64,000 nt of DNA, taken from the NCBI GenBank assembly GCA_963834425.1, contig CAWIBR010000022.1, forward strand, positions 11,759 through 75,758, given 5' to 3'. How positions within the stretch are numbered: position 1 is the stretch's first letter; every line of letters begins with the position of its first letter. Below the pieces are notes generated by a model, which worked only from the letters and a program-made list of their open reading frames with translations, searched no databases and had not been told where the DNA came from. This stretch comes from an uncultured Actinomycetota bacterium (GTDB lineage: Bacteria > Actinomycetota > Actinomycetes > Actinomycetales > CAVURS01). Made by a program: the position numbers and the translations under genes. Shown piece after piece: positions 1-10,034 of this stretch.

Positions 1-2965
1 GGCCGCCCCGGGCAGCTCCAGGACATCGACCATCGCCGTGACACCGAAGCGCTGCTCGACCCAGGCGTGGAACGCCGTGCCTCGGCGCGCCTCCGGAGCC
101 GGTGGCCGGGGCATCGGGCGGCGGAGGTCGGCCGCGAGGGCGAGCGGGTCCTCGGCCAGCCGGACCAGCCGCGAGGCGGACAGGTGGGTGGGCAGCTCGA
201 CGGCCAGGTCGAGAGAGCGGGAGCGGTCGCGTTCGGCGAGGAGCAGCTCGATCTCCTCGCCCCAGCCACCTTCCACGGTCGGCGCGGCGGGGTCGGTCGG
301 TGCTTTCAGGGCGGCCCGGACTCGCGCCGCGCCGGACTCCAGGGCGTCCCGCCGGGCCTCGACCGGGTCGAACGGCCAGGGCGCCCGGAGCTGGTCCGGA
401 GGCGAGGGGTTGACCAGGTCGTCGGCCGGCTCGGGCATGGGGGCCCACTCGGGGAGCAGCTCCACGACGGCCGCCGTGGCCGGGTCCTCGAGCAGGTCGG
501 TGAGGAAGCGGGAGGTCACGCGCGGCGTCTTCAGCGGCGACCCCCACACATGGCAGGTCAGCAGCAGCTCGCGCTTGGCCCGGGTGAACGCGACGTACGC
601 CAACCGGCGCTCCTCGGCCACGACGTAGCTGCCGCAACGGAACTCGAACTCCTGGATCTCCTCGTTCAAGTCCTTGGCCGTCGCACAGGAGGCGAGCTCG
701 AGCGGCGGGAGCGACTCGACGTCACCGCGCAGCTCGTAGGGCAGCAGGCCCCCCTTGGCGATGGTCCGCCAGCCGCCGTCCTTGTCCCGTGGGGAGCGCC
801 AGTCCTCGCCGTCGTGGCGCGGTGTGCCGGCTCCGATCGGCAGAATCCCGTCGACCAGTCCCGGCACCGCGACGATGTCCCACTCCAGGCCCTTGGCCGC
901 GTGCACGGTCAGCAACTGGACCGCGCCCCGGTTGACGTCCACGTCGCTGGGCCGGGCATCGGTCGGCAACACTTCGATCTCGCCGCTGTCGCTCTGGCCC
1001 GGCGCCAGCCCGCGCTCGCGCAGCTCGGCCGCTTCGAGCCAGGCCAGGAACGCCCCGAGCGTGGGGACGTCGGCGCTCGTGGCGAAGCCAGCAGCGACCT
1101 CCGCGAGCGCATCCAGATGGGCCCGGGCGCCGGCTGCCCCTAGGCCGGGTCGCGCGGCCACCTCGATGTCCAATCGCAGGGCCCGCTCGACCTCGACGAT
1201 CAGCTCGGCGAGCGGCAGCGAGGCCCGGGAGCGCAGGCCGCGCAGGATCTCGGCCAGCGCGACCAGGCGGGTCCGGCCGACCGCGGAGAGCCCGAGCCCG
1301 CTCGCATCGGCCCAGCCGGGTTCGGGCAAGGCATCGAGGGCCTCGACGATGGTGGTCTCGTCCACGACGTCCGGCTCGAACCCGTCCGCGTCATCTACGC
1401 CGTCGACGCGGCCGACCCTGTCGCCTGCGCCCGCGCGAGCCCGGAGCACCTGGGCCCAGCGCCCAGGGCCCGCAGATCGCGAGCGCCCAGCCGCACCAAC
1501 GGCCCGACCAGGAGCCGGATCAGAGCGTCACCTCGGTCGGGGTCGGCGACCACGTGCAAAGCGGAGACGATGTCGACCACCTCGGGCGTGCTGAGCAGGC
1601 CGCCCAGACCGACCACCTCGACCGGCAGGCCGGCCGCCCGCAGGGCGGCCTCGATCGCGACGAACTGCGAGCGGGTGCGGCACAGGACCGCGGCCGTCAC
1701 CGCGCCGTCGGCGGCCCAGCGGTCGGCCACCCAGTCGGCGATGGCGAGCGCCTCGTCGTCTCGGGTCAGCCATCGACCGGCGTGGACCCGGCCTTCGCCC
1801 GCGTCGGGCCGGGGGCTGAGCAACGGCAGCGCAGCCGCGGCCGAGGGCTGAGCGGCTGGGGGACGGCAGCACGCAGGGGCGCGGCCACCACGTTGGCCAC
1901 CGCCAACACGGCCTGGTCGTTGCGCCAGCTGGTCGAGAGGGTGAGCCGGGTGGCCGGCGAGCCGTCCACCTCCGCGAACTGCTCCGCGAACCGGGCGAGG
2001 GTCCCGGCGCTGGCTCCGCGCCAGCCGTAGATCGACTGGTGCGGGTCGCCGACGGCGGTCACCGAGTGCCCGGCGCCGAAGAGCTCGCGCAGCATCACCA
2101 GCTGGGCGTGGCTGGTGTCCTGGAACTCGTCCAGCAACACCGTCTGCGTGCGCGCCCGCTCGGCCCGGCCGATGTCCGGGAAGTCGCGGGCGAGCTGCGC
2201 CGCCAGCGCCAGCTGGTCACCGAAGTCGAGGGCCTCGCGCGCACGCTTGCGCTCGGCGTACTCCTCCAGCAACGGGACGAGCCGGCGGCGCACCGTGATG
2301 GCGGTGAGGAGCTTCTTGACCTCCGCGGGGATCGTGCCGCGCGCCGTCGCCGACGGCAGGTCGGTGATCCGGTCCTCCAGCTCGTCGAGGTAGCCCAGCA
2401 GCTCACGGGGCGCGATCAGGTGCTCCGCACACTCGCCGGACAGCTTGAGCAGCGCGTCGACGATGGTCGACGGGCTGTTGCCGACCTCCGACATGTCGCC
2501 GTCCCAGCGCTCGACGACCTCGCGGGCGTACTGCCAGGCGGCCGCCTCGGTGAGCAGCCGGCTCTCCGGCTCCACGCCCAGCCGCAACGCGTGCTCGCGG
2601 ACCAGACGACCGGCGAACGCGTGGTACGTCGAGATGTCCGCGTCGCCGTCGGACTCACCGAGGTCGGGCACCAGCCCCTTGGCGGCCAGGCGGCGCAGCC
2701 GACGGCGAACCCGCTCGGCCAGCTCGCCGGCGGCCTTGCGGGTGAACGTCAGACCGAGCACCTGGTCGGGCGTGGTCAGCTGGTTGGCGACCAGCCAGAC
2801 CACGCGGGCGGCCATCGTCTCGGTCTTGCCCGAGCCCGCGCCGGCGACGACGAGGAGCGGAGCCGCGGGAGCCTCGATGACCGCCACCTGCTCCGGCGTG
2901 GGTTCGGGCCGGCCGATGGCCAGCGCGATGTCCCGCGCGGTGATCGTGCCGGGGAGCAACGGCAT
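1..2965 (-). pseudogene. adnB: AdnB-like UvrD/PcrA-family helicase subunit of an AdnAB-type helicase-nuclease. The 3' end lies beyond the window start. The reading frame is broken twice (true frameshifts or assembly indels).
   Basis: ORF 1766..2965 carries Walker A VVAGAGSGKTETM, LLDEFQDTS and GDPHQSIYGWRGA. The protein continues in a second frame (ORF 1395..1823: GRWLTRDDEALAIADWV, LLVGPLVRLGARDLRALG). It then continues in a third frame that I find free of stops from ~1462 to base 1 (hand translation: VQLLTVHAAKGLEWDIVAVPGL, RRLAYVAFTRAKRELLLT). The switch points are ~1823-1860 and ~1458-1466. The gene lies directly downstream of the adnA-like gene. Confidence 0.85.
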
Positions 2966-3001
2966 CTGGGGGTCGCCGCGGACCGGGCCTGCGCGTCGGG
3001 G

Positions 3002-6000
3002 TCACGAGGTCACCGTGCGCCCTTCGGGCTGGACCGGACACGACGTACGGACCGGGCAGTTGCGGCAGTGGGGCCCTTGCTGCGCAACGAAATCCGCACC
3101 GGCCATGCCGTCGGCAACCTGGTCGAGCAGCTCGCGGGCCCAGCTCAGCTCGCCCGGCTCGTCGCCCTCCGCCGGCAGCGGCGGCTGCCGCCGGACCGGG
3201 AGCTTGGCCCGGGGTACGCCGAGCATGACCAGCTCGCCGCCGGCGCTGACCGGTCCGCGCCCCTCGGGTCCGTCATCGGAGCCGTCCTCGGGGCGGTCGG
3301 TGAAGCCACCCGCCTGGATGGCGAGCTGGTAGACGCCGAGCTGAGGGTTGACCGCCACGTCCTCCTCGGAGACAGGGGTGCGTCCCGTCTTGAGGTCGAC
3401 GATGTACTGGCCGCCGTCGGCCGTCCGCTCCAACCGGTCGACCCGGCCGGCCACGATCGCTCGGCCGATCTGCACCGTGACCTTGCGCTCGACGGCGCTG
3501 AGCTCGCGGCCCTCCGCCTCGGCCCGGCGGTAGTACTCGGCCAGCCGCCCGACCATGTCCTCGGCCCGTGAGCGCTGCTGGTCGGCCACCCAGCCCTCCG
3601 GCAGGCCCAGGCGCGGCCAGCGGCGGGCCAGCTCGGCGCGCAGCTCCGGCTCGCCAGCATCGGGCAGGTCCCGGGCGATGTCGTGGATCAGGTTGCCGAC
3701 GTTCTGGGCGAGCGCGGAGGGCACCCGACCGCCGGAGGTTTCGAGGACCCAGCGCAGGCCGCACTGCTCGAAGCTCTCGACCCGCGAGGGAGAGACGGCG
3801 ACGGGTTCGCCGTCGGGGACGATCGGCGCATCGTCGGACAGCGGCGCCAACCCGTACCAGTCGTCCGGATGGGCGCCCGGCACCTCAGCGGCACTCAGCT
3901 GAGCCAGGCCGGCGGCGGCGTCGGCGGCGTGTGGGTCGTCGCTCGCCACGATCTGGCGAAGGCGGGCGACGAGCGCCGGCAGGGACATCGCGCGGGGCAG
4001 CCGGGTGAGCGCCCTTTCGTCGTCGTCGTCCGCCGAGATCTCCTGGGCGGCAGCGGTTTCCAGCGGCGCGGCGAGGTCGACCAGGCCGCTGGGCTGCTCA
4101 TCGTCGCCGGAGACCGCGGTGACGAGGAGCGCCTCACGCGCTCGGCTGACCGCGACGTGAAAGAGCCGCAGCTCCTCGTGACGGACCGCCGACTGGGCCG
4201 ACCGCAACGCCTCGGGCGAGCCGTCGCCGCGGCCGGCCAGGACGTCGACCAGAGCCTGCGAGCCCAGCAGCGACCCGCGCAGCCGGGTGTCCGGCCAGAC
4301 CCCGACCTGCACCCCCGCGACGACAACGAGGCGCCACTCGCGCCCGGCCGCGCCTTGTGGCGTCAGCAGGGCCACGGCGTCGGTGGCCGGAGCGCGCTCG
4401 ACGAGCGTGTCGCCCGGCACCTCCTGGCTGCGCAGGTGCTCCAGGAACTCGGCCGGACCGGCCTGGGGCAGCCGGTCAACGAATCGAGCAGCGGCGTCAA
4501 AGAGCGCGACGACCGCGTCCAGGTCGCGATCGGCCCGCGCCCCCGATGGGCCACCGGCCAGCGCCGTACGCCGCCAGGGCTCGGCCAGTCGGGAGGCCTC
4601 CCAGATCGCCCAGAGCACGGTCTCGGCCGTGACGCCGGCGGCGAACGTGCCCGCGCCGTCCGCAGCGACGTCCCGGGCGGCGGCAGCGCGTCCGGCGGCG
4701 AGCACGCGGGCCACTCGACGCGCGGGCAGGGAGACGGCGGCGGGCAGCGTCGCGACCCGGTCCTCGGCCAGGATCGCCTCGACCAGGAGGTCCCCAGAGG
4801 CCCGGCCGCCACCACCGGCCCGCTCCTCGGCGCGCAGCGCGCGGCGCAGCCGGCGGAGGGCGACCGCGTCGGCGCCGCCGATCGGCGAGGTCAGCAGCCC
4901 GACCGCCCGGGCCGGGTCCAGCAGCCGGGTCGACGGCTCCCTGCGTCCGGGTCGCCAGCGTCCGGGTCGCCAGCGTCCGGGGCGCCAGCGTCCGGGCGGG
5001 CATCGACCGCGGAGAGTTCGAGGGCGACCTCGAAGGCGTCGAGCAGCGGGGCGACGGCACTCTCGTCGCGGACCGGCACCTCGGTCGCCGGCACCTGCAC
5101 GGGCACGCCGGCGCCGCTCAGCACCCGGCGCATGGTGGCGACCCGGCCGGAGCCGCGCACGATGACCGCCATGTCGCCCCAGGGCAGCTCCCGCTGGAGG
5201 TGGGCGCGGCGCAGGACGCCGGCGATGTAGCTCGCCTCCTGGACGCCGGAGCGCAGCAGATGGACGCCGACCTGACCGGGTTCGAGCCCGGGGGCCGGCG
5301 TGGCCCGGCGCTGTCCACCCCGGCCACCGGTCCCGACCCGGGTCACGACCCGCTCGACGGCTGCCCGGATCTCCGGCCCGTGCCGCCAACAGGTGCGCAG
5401 CACGATCGTCGGCGTCGTCGACCGGGTGTCGGGACCAGGGGCGGCGAACTCGTCGGCCCGCTCGGCCAGGTACGCCGGGTCGGCCCCCCGAAAGCCCAGG
5501 GTCGCCGCATCGGGATCGCCGGCCAGCAGCAGCTCGCCGCCCCGACCCACGACGGCGGCCAGCAGTTCGGCGACGGCCGGGGTCATCTCCTGGGCGTCGT
5601 CCACGGCGACGAACCGGGCACAGCGGCGTACGTCGGCCAGGAGGTCGTCGTCGTCCAGGGCCCGGGTGGCCGCGCCCACGATGAGGGCCGGGTCGTAGGC
5701 GCCGGGGCTGGCCAGCGCCGTGACCTGGTCGTACTCCTCGAGCACCTGCGCGGCGGCCACCCACTCGGGACGGTCGTGGGCGCGGCCCAGTTCAGCCAGG
5801 TCGGCGGCATCCAGGCCCCGCTCGACCGCACGCATCATCAGGTCCCGCAGCTCGGCGCGCAGGCCGCGGGTGCGCAGGGCCGCGCGGACGTCCTCCGGCC
5901 AGTCCGGGGCTCGCCCGACGCCAGCGGCATGACCGGCCAACAGCTCGCGCAACACGACGTCCTGCTCCGGCCCGGACAGCAGCCGGGGCGCTGGCCGGCC

Positions 6001-6372
6001 CTCGGCGGCCGCGGCGCGGCGCAGGATGCCGAAGGCCAGCGAGGCCGGAGTGCGGGCAATCGGCTCGCGGGCGGTGCGGTTCAGCCGGCCAGTGATCCGC
6101 TCCCGCAGCTCGGCCGCCGCGCGTCGGGTCGGTGCCAGCACCAGGATCTCGTCCGGAGCCAGGCCGTCGCGCTCGACCCGGTCGACGACGGCCTCGACCA
6201 AGGTCGTGGTGACGCCGGTGCCGGGGGCGCCCAGCAGGCGCAGGGGTCCGCCGCGGTGCGCGACCGCCGCCTCCTGCTCAGGGTCCAGGTCCGGCGCCGG
6301 CAGCGGCGGCCGCGCGGCGCGGATCAGGTGCAGCCGCGGCTGCCCGGCTGCGCCTCCCGACGACGCGCTCAC
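3002..6372 (-). pseudogene. adnA: AdnA-like helicase-nuclease subunit (UvrD-like ATPase plus C-terminal RecB-type nuclease with a Cys cluster). There is one frame break at ~4938-4940.
   Basis: The N-terminal half is in ORF 4891..6474 (LLGAPGTGVTTTLVEAVV, FVAVDDAQE, LLLAGDPDAATLGFRGA). The C-terminal half is in the frame of ORF 3002..5764 from ~4938 downward (LLTSPIGG, LFHVAVSRAREALLVT, YIVDLKTGR, CRNCPVRTSCP). The first ~270 residues of the 920-aa ORF are Arg/Gly/Pro out-of-frame noise. The start is uncertain: I chose GTG 6372, ATG 6459 is possible, and third-position GC is weaker upstream of 6372. Confidence 0.85.
4942..5001. repeat. 15-bp tandem repeat, 4 copies (gcgtccgggtcgcca x2, then two degenerate copies), inside adnA
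   Basis: Read directly: units at 4942-4956, 4957-4971, 4972-4986 and 4987-5001. On the coding (minus) strand it encodes PDAG(A/D) repeats (ARPDAGAPDAGDPDAGDPDAG). The unit length is a multiple of 3. Confidence 0.9.
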
Positions 6373-6522
6373 CCGGCTGGCCACAACCCCGATCTCACCA
6401 CGCCGCACCGACCGCCCGCCGCCCGCCGTACTCCATCGGGCGCGGTCAGGAACGGACATTTCCGGCGCCAGCACCGTCGGGCGGGAGCAGCGCGCCGCGA
6501 GGGGAGCACGCAGGCCGCAGGG

Positions 6523-6831
6523 TCAGGCGCCGTCCCAGCGGGCCCGGCGCATGTCGACCCGCTCGCCGCCCGGCCGCATCGGAGTGCGCTCCTTCCGGTA
6601 CGCCGCCAGCGCGCGCCGCTCGTGCCCGGCAAGGGGTGTGCCGTCGGCCCGCAGCACCCGCCACCACGGCACGTCACTGCCGAAGTGCGACATCACCCAG
6701 CCGACCTGCCGCGGCCCGCCCGCGCCGAGGAACTCGGCGACGTCGCCGTAGCTCATCACCCGCCCCGCCGGGATCTGCTCGACGACCTCCAGGACGTCCA
6801 AGGCGTACGCCGGTGGCTCGAAGCCGCTCAT
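6523..6831 (-). CDS. MGMT-family DNA-binding protein (methylated-DNA-protein-cysteine methyltransferase C-terminal domain-like)
   Basis: The inner ATG at 6831 of ORF 6523..6969 gives MSGFEPPAYALDVLEVVEQIPAGRVMSYGDVAEFLG...VPWWRVLRADGT, the typical short MGMT/Ada-C-like family. The upstream 46 codons look non-coding. Confidence 0.75.
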   Translation of the reverse strand: MSGFEPPAYALDVLEVVEQIPAGRVMSYGDVAEFLGAGGPRQVGWVMSHFGSDVPWWRVLRADGTPLAGHERRALAAYRKERTPMRPGGERVDMRRARWDGA

Positions 6832-6847
6832 CGACCCGCGCCTTCCC

Positions 6848-8089
6848 TCAGTACGTCGGGAGGCTCGGGTCGACGTCCTGCACCCAGGCCAGCACGCCGC
6901 CGTCGACATGAGCCGCGTCCGGATGGCCGGCCGCTCGCAGCAGGGCCAGGCACTCGGCCGACCGGACACCGGAGCGACAATGCACGATCACGCGCTTGTC
7001 AAACGGCAACTGTTGCCAGGCGGCACCATTGTGGAAGTCCGCCCGGGCCACCGCGATGGCGCCGGGGATCGTGACGATCTCGCGCTCCCCGGGCTCGCGG
7101 ACGTCGACCAGCACGAAGTCCGCCTCCCCCGCCGCCCGCGCAGCGAGCAGCTCAGACAGCTCGCGGGCGGTCACGCTGTCCGCAGCAACCGCAGGGTCAC
7201 CGGCGACCTGGTCGTCGAGATCCGTTGCCGCGGAAGGCAACCCGCAGAAGCCCTCATAGTCGATCAGCTCGGTGACCGTCGGCGAGGTGCCGCAGAGTGC
7301 GCAGCCCGGGTCGGCCTTGACCCGGACCTCGCGCCAGGTCGAGCGCAGCGCGTCGTGGACGACCAGCCGCCCGGTCAGCGGCGCGCCGGTGCCGGTGATC
7401 AGCTTGACCACCTCGGTCGCCTGGATCGACCCGATGGCCGCGCACAGGACGCCGAGCACGCCACCCTCGGCACACGACGGCACCAACCCGGGCGGCGGTG
7501 GCTCGGGGAAGACGCACCGATAGCACGGCCCGTGGCCGGCGAACCACACCGAGGCCTGCCCGTCGAACCGGTAGATCGAGCCCCAGACGCACGGGATGCC
7601 GAGCAGCGCGCACGCGTCGTTGACGAGGTACCGCGTGGGGAAGTTGTCGGTGCCGTCCACGACCAGGTCGTAGCCCCGCAGCAGATCCAGCGCGTTGCCG
7701 GAGTCCAGCCGCACGGCGTGGGTCTGCACGTGCACCAGCGGGTTGACCTCGGCGATCCGCTCCCGCGCGGAGTCGACCTTGAGCCGGCCCAGGTCGCTGG
7801 CACCGTGCACCACCTGGCGCTGCAGGTTGGACTCCTCGACCACGTCCGGGTCGACGATGCCGAGCGTGCCTACTCCAGCGGCCGCGAGATAGAGCAGCGC
7901 CGGCGAGCCGAGACCACCGGCCCCGACGACCAGGACCCGCGCGTTCTTCAGTCGCCGCTGGCCGATCGCGCCGATGTCGGGGATGAGCAGATGCCGCGCG
8001 TAGCGGCGGATCTCCTCCGCGGTCAGCTCCGAGCCCGGCTCGACCAGGGGCGCGAGCGGCGCACCGACGGGCTCGAGCTGCGTGGTCAT
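6848..8089 (-). CDS. moeZ: adenylyltransferase/sulfurtransferase MoeZ (ThiF/MoeB E1-like domain plus C-terminal rhodanese)
   Basis: The inner ATG at 8089 of ORF 6848..9118 gives MTTQLEP...RYARHLLIPDIGAIGQRRLKNARVLVVGAGGLGSP, CYRCVFPEPPPPGLVPSCAEGGVLG, and a rhodanese tail with VIVHCRSGVRS. The 343 codons upstream of this ATG overlap the TetR gene in antisense and look like noise. Confidence 0.9.
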   Translation of the reverse strand: MTTQLEPVGAPLAPLVEPGSELTAEEIRRYARHLLIPDIGAIGQRRLKNARVLVVGAGGLGSPALLYLAAAGVGTLGIVDPDVVEESNLQRQVVHGASDLGRLKVDSARERIAEVNPLVHVQTHAVRLDSGNALDLLRGYDLVVDGTDNFPTRYLVNDACALLGIPCVWGSIYRFDGQASVWFAGHGPCYRCVFPEPPPPGLVPSCAEGGVLGVLCAAIGSIQATEVVKLITGTGAPLTGRLVVHDALRSTWREVRVKADPGCALCGTSPTVTELIDYEGFCGLPSAATDLDDQVAGDPAVAADSVTARELSELLAARAAGEADFVLVDVREPGEREIVTIPGAIAVARADFHNGAAWQQLPFDKRVIVHCRSGVRSAECLALLRAAGHPDAAHVDGGVLAWVQDVDPSLPTY

Positions 8090-8131
8090 GGGACAAGGGT
8101 GCACCAGGTCGCCCGCGACTACGATGCCCGG

Positions 8132-8794
8132 ATGACCGAGACGGCGGCGCGCGGGACCCGGTTGCCGCGGACCGCCCGGCGGGCCCAGCTGCTCGGCGCC
8201 GCTCAAGAGGTCTTCGTGCAGCAGGGCTACCACGCGGCCGCCATGGACGACATCGCGGACCGGGCCGGGGTGTCCAAACCGGTCCTCTACCAGCATTTCC
8301 CGAGCAAGCTCGAGCTCTACCTGGCGTTGCTCGACTCCCGCTCGACCGATCTGCTCGACGCCGTCCGCGGTGCGCTCGCCTCGACGCACGACAACAAGCA
8401 GCGCGTCGAGGCGACCATCGCGGCGTACTTCGAGTTCGTCGACCGAGAGGGCGCGCCGTTCCGGTTGGTCTTCGAGTCCGACCTGACCAACGAGCCGGCC
8501 GTCCGCGAGCGGGTCGACCGGGTGAACATGCTGTGCGCGGAGGCGATCGCCGAGGTGATCGCGGAGGACACCGCGCTCCCCCCGGAGCAGGCCACCCTGC
8601 TCGGCACGGCGCTCGCCGGCATGGCCCAGGTCACCGCGCGCTACTGGCTGACCGGCAACGGCGACATCCCCCGCGAGGAGGCCGCGCGGCTCGTGGCCCA
8701 GCTGTCCTGGCGCGGGCTCGGCGCGTTCCCGATGACCGGCGCTTCGCCCGGAGCAGAACGCAACGCGGAACAGCCTCCGCGCACCACCAGTTAG
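8132..8794 (+). CDS. TetR/AcrR family transcriptional regulator
   Basis: ATG at 8132 gives MTETAARGTRLPRTARRAQLLGAAQEVFVQQGYHAAAMDDIADRAGVSKPVLYQHFPSKLELY, an HTH of TetR type. It is divergent from moeZ with a 42-bp spacer. Confidence 0.9.
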   Translation: MTETAARGTRLPRTARRAQLLGAAQEVFVQQGYHAAAMDDIADRAGVSKPVLYQHFPSKLELYLALLDSRSTDLLDAVRGALASTHDNKQRVEATIAAYFEFVDREGAPFRLVFESDLTNEPAVRERVDRVNMLCAEAIAEVIAEDTALPPEQATLLGTALAGMAQVTARYWLTGNGDIPREEAARLVAQLSWRGLGAFPMTGASPGAERNAEQPPRTTS

Positions 8795-8836
8795 CCTTCG
8801 GCGAGAACCTAACGACTGAGCTTTCGAGGAAGAGGG

Positions 8837-9067
8837 ATGACCGTGGAGGTCAAGATCGGCGTTCGCAACGTCGCGCGCGAGATCACGCTGGAGTCGGCGC
8901 AGTCGGCCGAGGAGGTCGCCGCGGCCGTGGACGCAGCGCTGGCCGCCGGCGGCACACTCAAGCTGGTCGACGACAAGGGCCGGGTCGTGGTCGTCCCGAC
9001 CGACGTGCTCGGCTACGTCGAGATCGGCGCCCCCGAGGGTCGCCGGGTCGGCTTCGGCACGCTCTAG
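8837..9067 (+). CDS. DUF3107 domain-containing protein (small conserved actinobacterial protein)
   Basis: The 76-aa product is MTVEVKIGVRNVAREITLES...VVVVPTDVLGYVEIG. A GGAAGAGGG Shine-Dalgarno sequence lies just upstream. The position between TetR and the DEAD-box helicase matches what I recall for mycobacteria. Confidence 0.85.
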   Translation: MTVEVKIGVRNVAREITLESAQSAEEVAAAVDAALAAGGTLKLVDDKGRVVVVPTDVLGYVEIGAPEGRRVGFGTL

Positions 9068-9101
9068 CTCGAGTCCAGCGAGCGGACAGAACCAAAGGAT
9101 C

Positions 9102-9139
9102 GTTGGCAAGTGACCCACCTGGGTGGGTCACTTGCCAAC
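9102..9139. terminator. Perfect 18-bp inverted repeat (gttggcaagtgacccacc / ggtgggtcacttgccaac), a probable bidirectional terminator between convergent genes
   Basis: Read directly: arms at 9102-9119 and 9122-9139 with a 2-nt centre. It lies between the DUF3107 stop (9067) and the ferritin-like gene stop (9172). There is no U-tract. Confidence 0.6.
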
Positions 9140-9171
9140 AATCGTTGCGGTCGCGGACGAGCCGGAACCAG

Positions 9172-9876
9172 CTACGGCGTGAGGCCGAGGCGCTGCATCC
9201 GCACGGTGTGCTCGTCGGTCAGCCGGGCGAACATCCGGGCCAGCTCGGCCAGGTCCGCGCCGTAGTAGTTGCCGCCGCCGACCAGCAACGACGTGAGCGC
9301 ATCCCGCTCGGCCGCCACCTGCTGGGCCTGCGAGAGCGCCTCGCCCACCAGCCGGCGCCCCCACAGGGCCAGGCGTCCCGAGACCGACGGGTCGGCCTGG
9401 ATCGCGGCGCGCACCGCGTTGACGGCGAACTCGCTGTGCCCCAGGTCCTCCAGCACCGAGACGACGAGCGCCCGGGTCTCCGGATCGACGTAGACGCTGA
9501 TCTCCCGATAGAAGTCACTCGCGATGCCGTCACCGACATAGGCCTTGACCAGTCCCTCGAGCCAGGTCGAGGGCGAGGTGCGGTCATGGAACGCGTCGAT
9601 GGCCGCGACGAACGGCTCCATCGCCTCCCGCGGCTCGACCCCCAGCTCGCGCAACCGCCGCTCGATCCGCTCGTAGTGGCCGAACTCCGAGGCGGCCATC
9701 CGGGCGAGCGCGGCCTTGCCCTCCAGGGTTGGCGCCAGCTCGGCGTCACCGGCCAGCCGGGAGAACGCCGTGAGCTCGCCGTACGCCAGGCCACCCAACA
9801 GGTCGATCACGGCCTCGCGGTACTCCGGGTCGTTGAACGAGTCCCGCGTCGGAGAACTCTGCGTGGCGTCGCTCAT
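9172..9876 (-). CDS. ferritin-like domain-containing protein (MiaE-like di-iron fold family)
   Basis: The inner ATG at 9876 gives MSDATQSSPTRDSFNDPEYREAVIDLLGGLAYGELTAFSRLAGDA...EFGHYERIERRL...LEDLGHSEFAV. The start could also be 9918. Confidence 0.7.
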   Translation of the reverse strand: MSDATQSSPTRDSFNDPEYREAVIDLLGGLAYGELTAFSRLAGDAELAPTLEGKAALARMAASEFGHYERIERRLRELGVEPREAMEPFVAAIDAFHDRTSPSTWLEGLVKAYVGDGIASDFYREISVYVDPETRALVVSVLEDLGHSEFAVNAVRAAIQADPSVSGRLALWGRRLVGEALSQAQQVAAERDALTSLLVGGGNYYGADLAELARMFARLTDEHTVRMQRLGLTP

Positions 9877-9979
9877 GGCGCTCAACCTAGTCGCCGACCG
9901 GTAGACTGCCCCCGACAACGGATGCCCGGTCGGCTGCGAACCTTTCCCGATCGGCTCCCTCGCAGCAGGTGCGGCCCGC

Positions 9980-9996
9980 TGAGGAGTGACTCCTCA
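9980..9996 (+). promoter_or_regulatory. 17-nt palindrome tgaggagtgactcctca in the 5' region of the DEAD-box helicase gene (possible UTR hairpin or operator)
   Basis: Read directly. It lies 39 nt upstream of the GTG at 10035, and one arm contains a GGAG-like sequence. Confidence 0.3.
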
Positions 9997-10034
9997 CCAG
10001 CGTGTGGCCCCCGCTTTGACCAGAAGGCTCACCC

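Noticed and set aside
4942-5001. The tandem repeat considered as a possible CRISPR or minisatellite locus.
   Set aside because: The 15-bp units are directly adjacent with no spacers, and they lie in frame inside adnA. There are no cas genes in the window.
6848-9118. Long N-terminal extensions on moeZ (756 aa ORF), the TetR gene (628 aa ORF), gltA (748 aa ORF) and the acyl-CoA dehydrogenase and MFS ORFs.
   Set aside because: The homologous, motif-bearing part starts at an internal ATG or GTG in each case, several with a good Shine-Dalgarno sequence. The extensions overlap neighbouring genes in antisense and look like noise.
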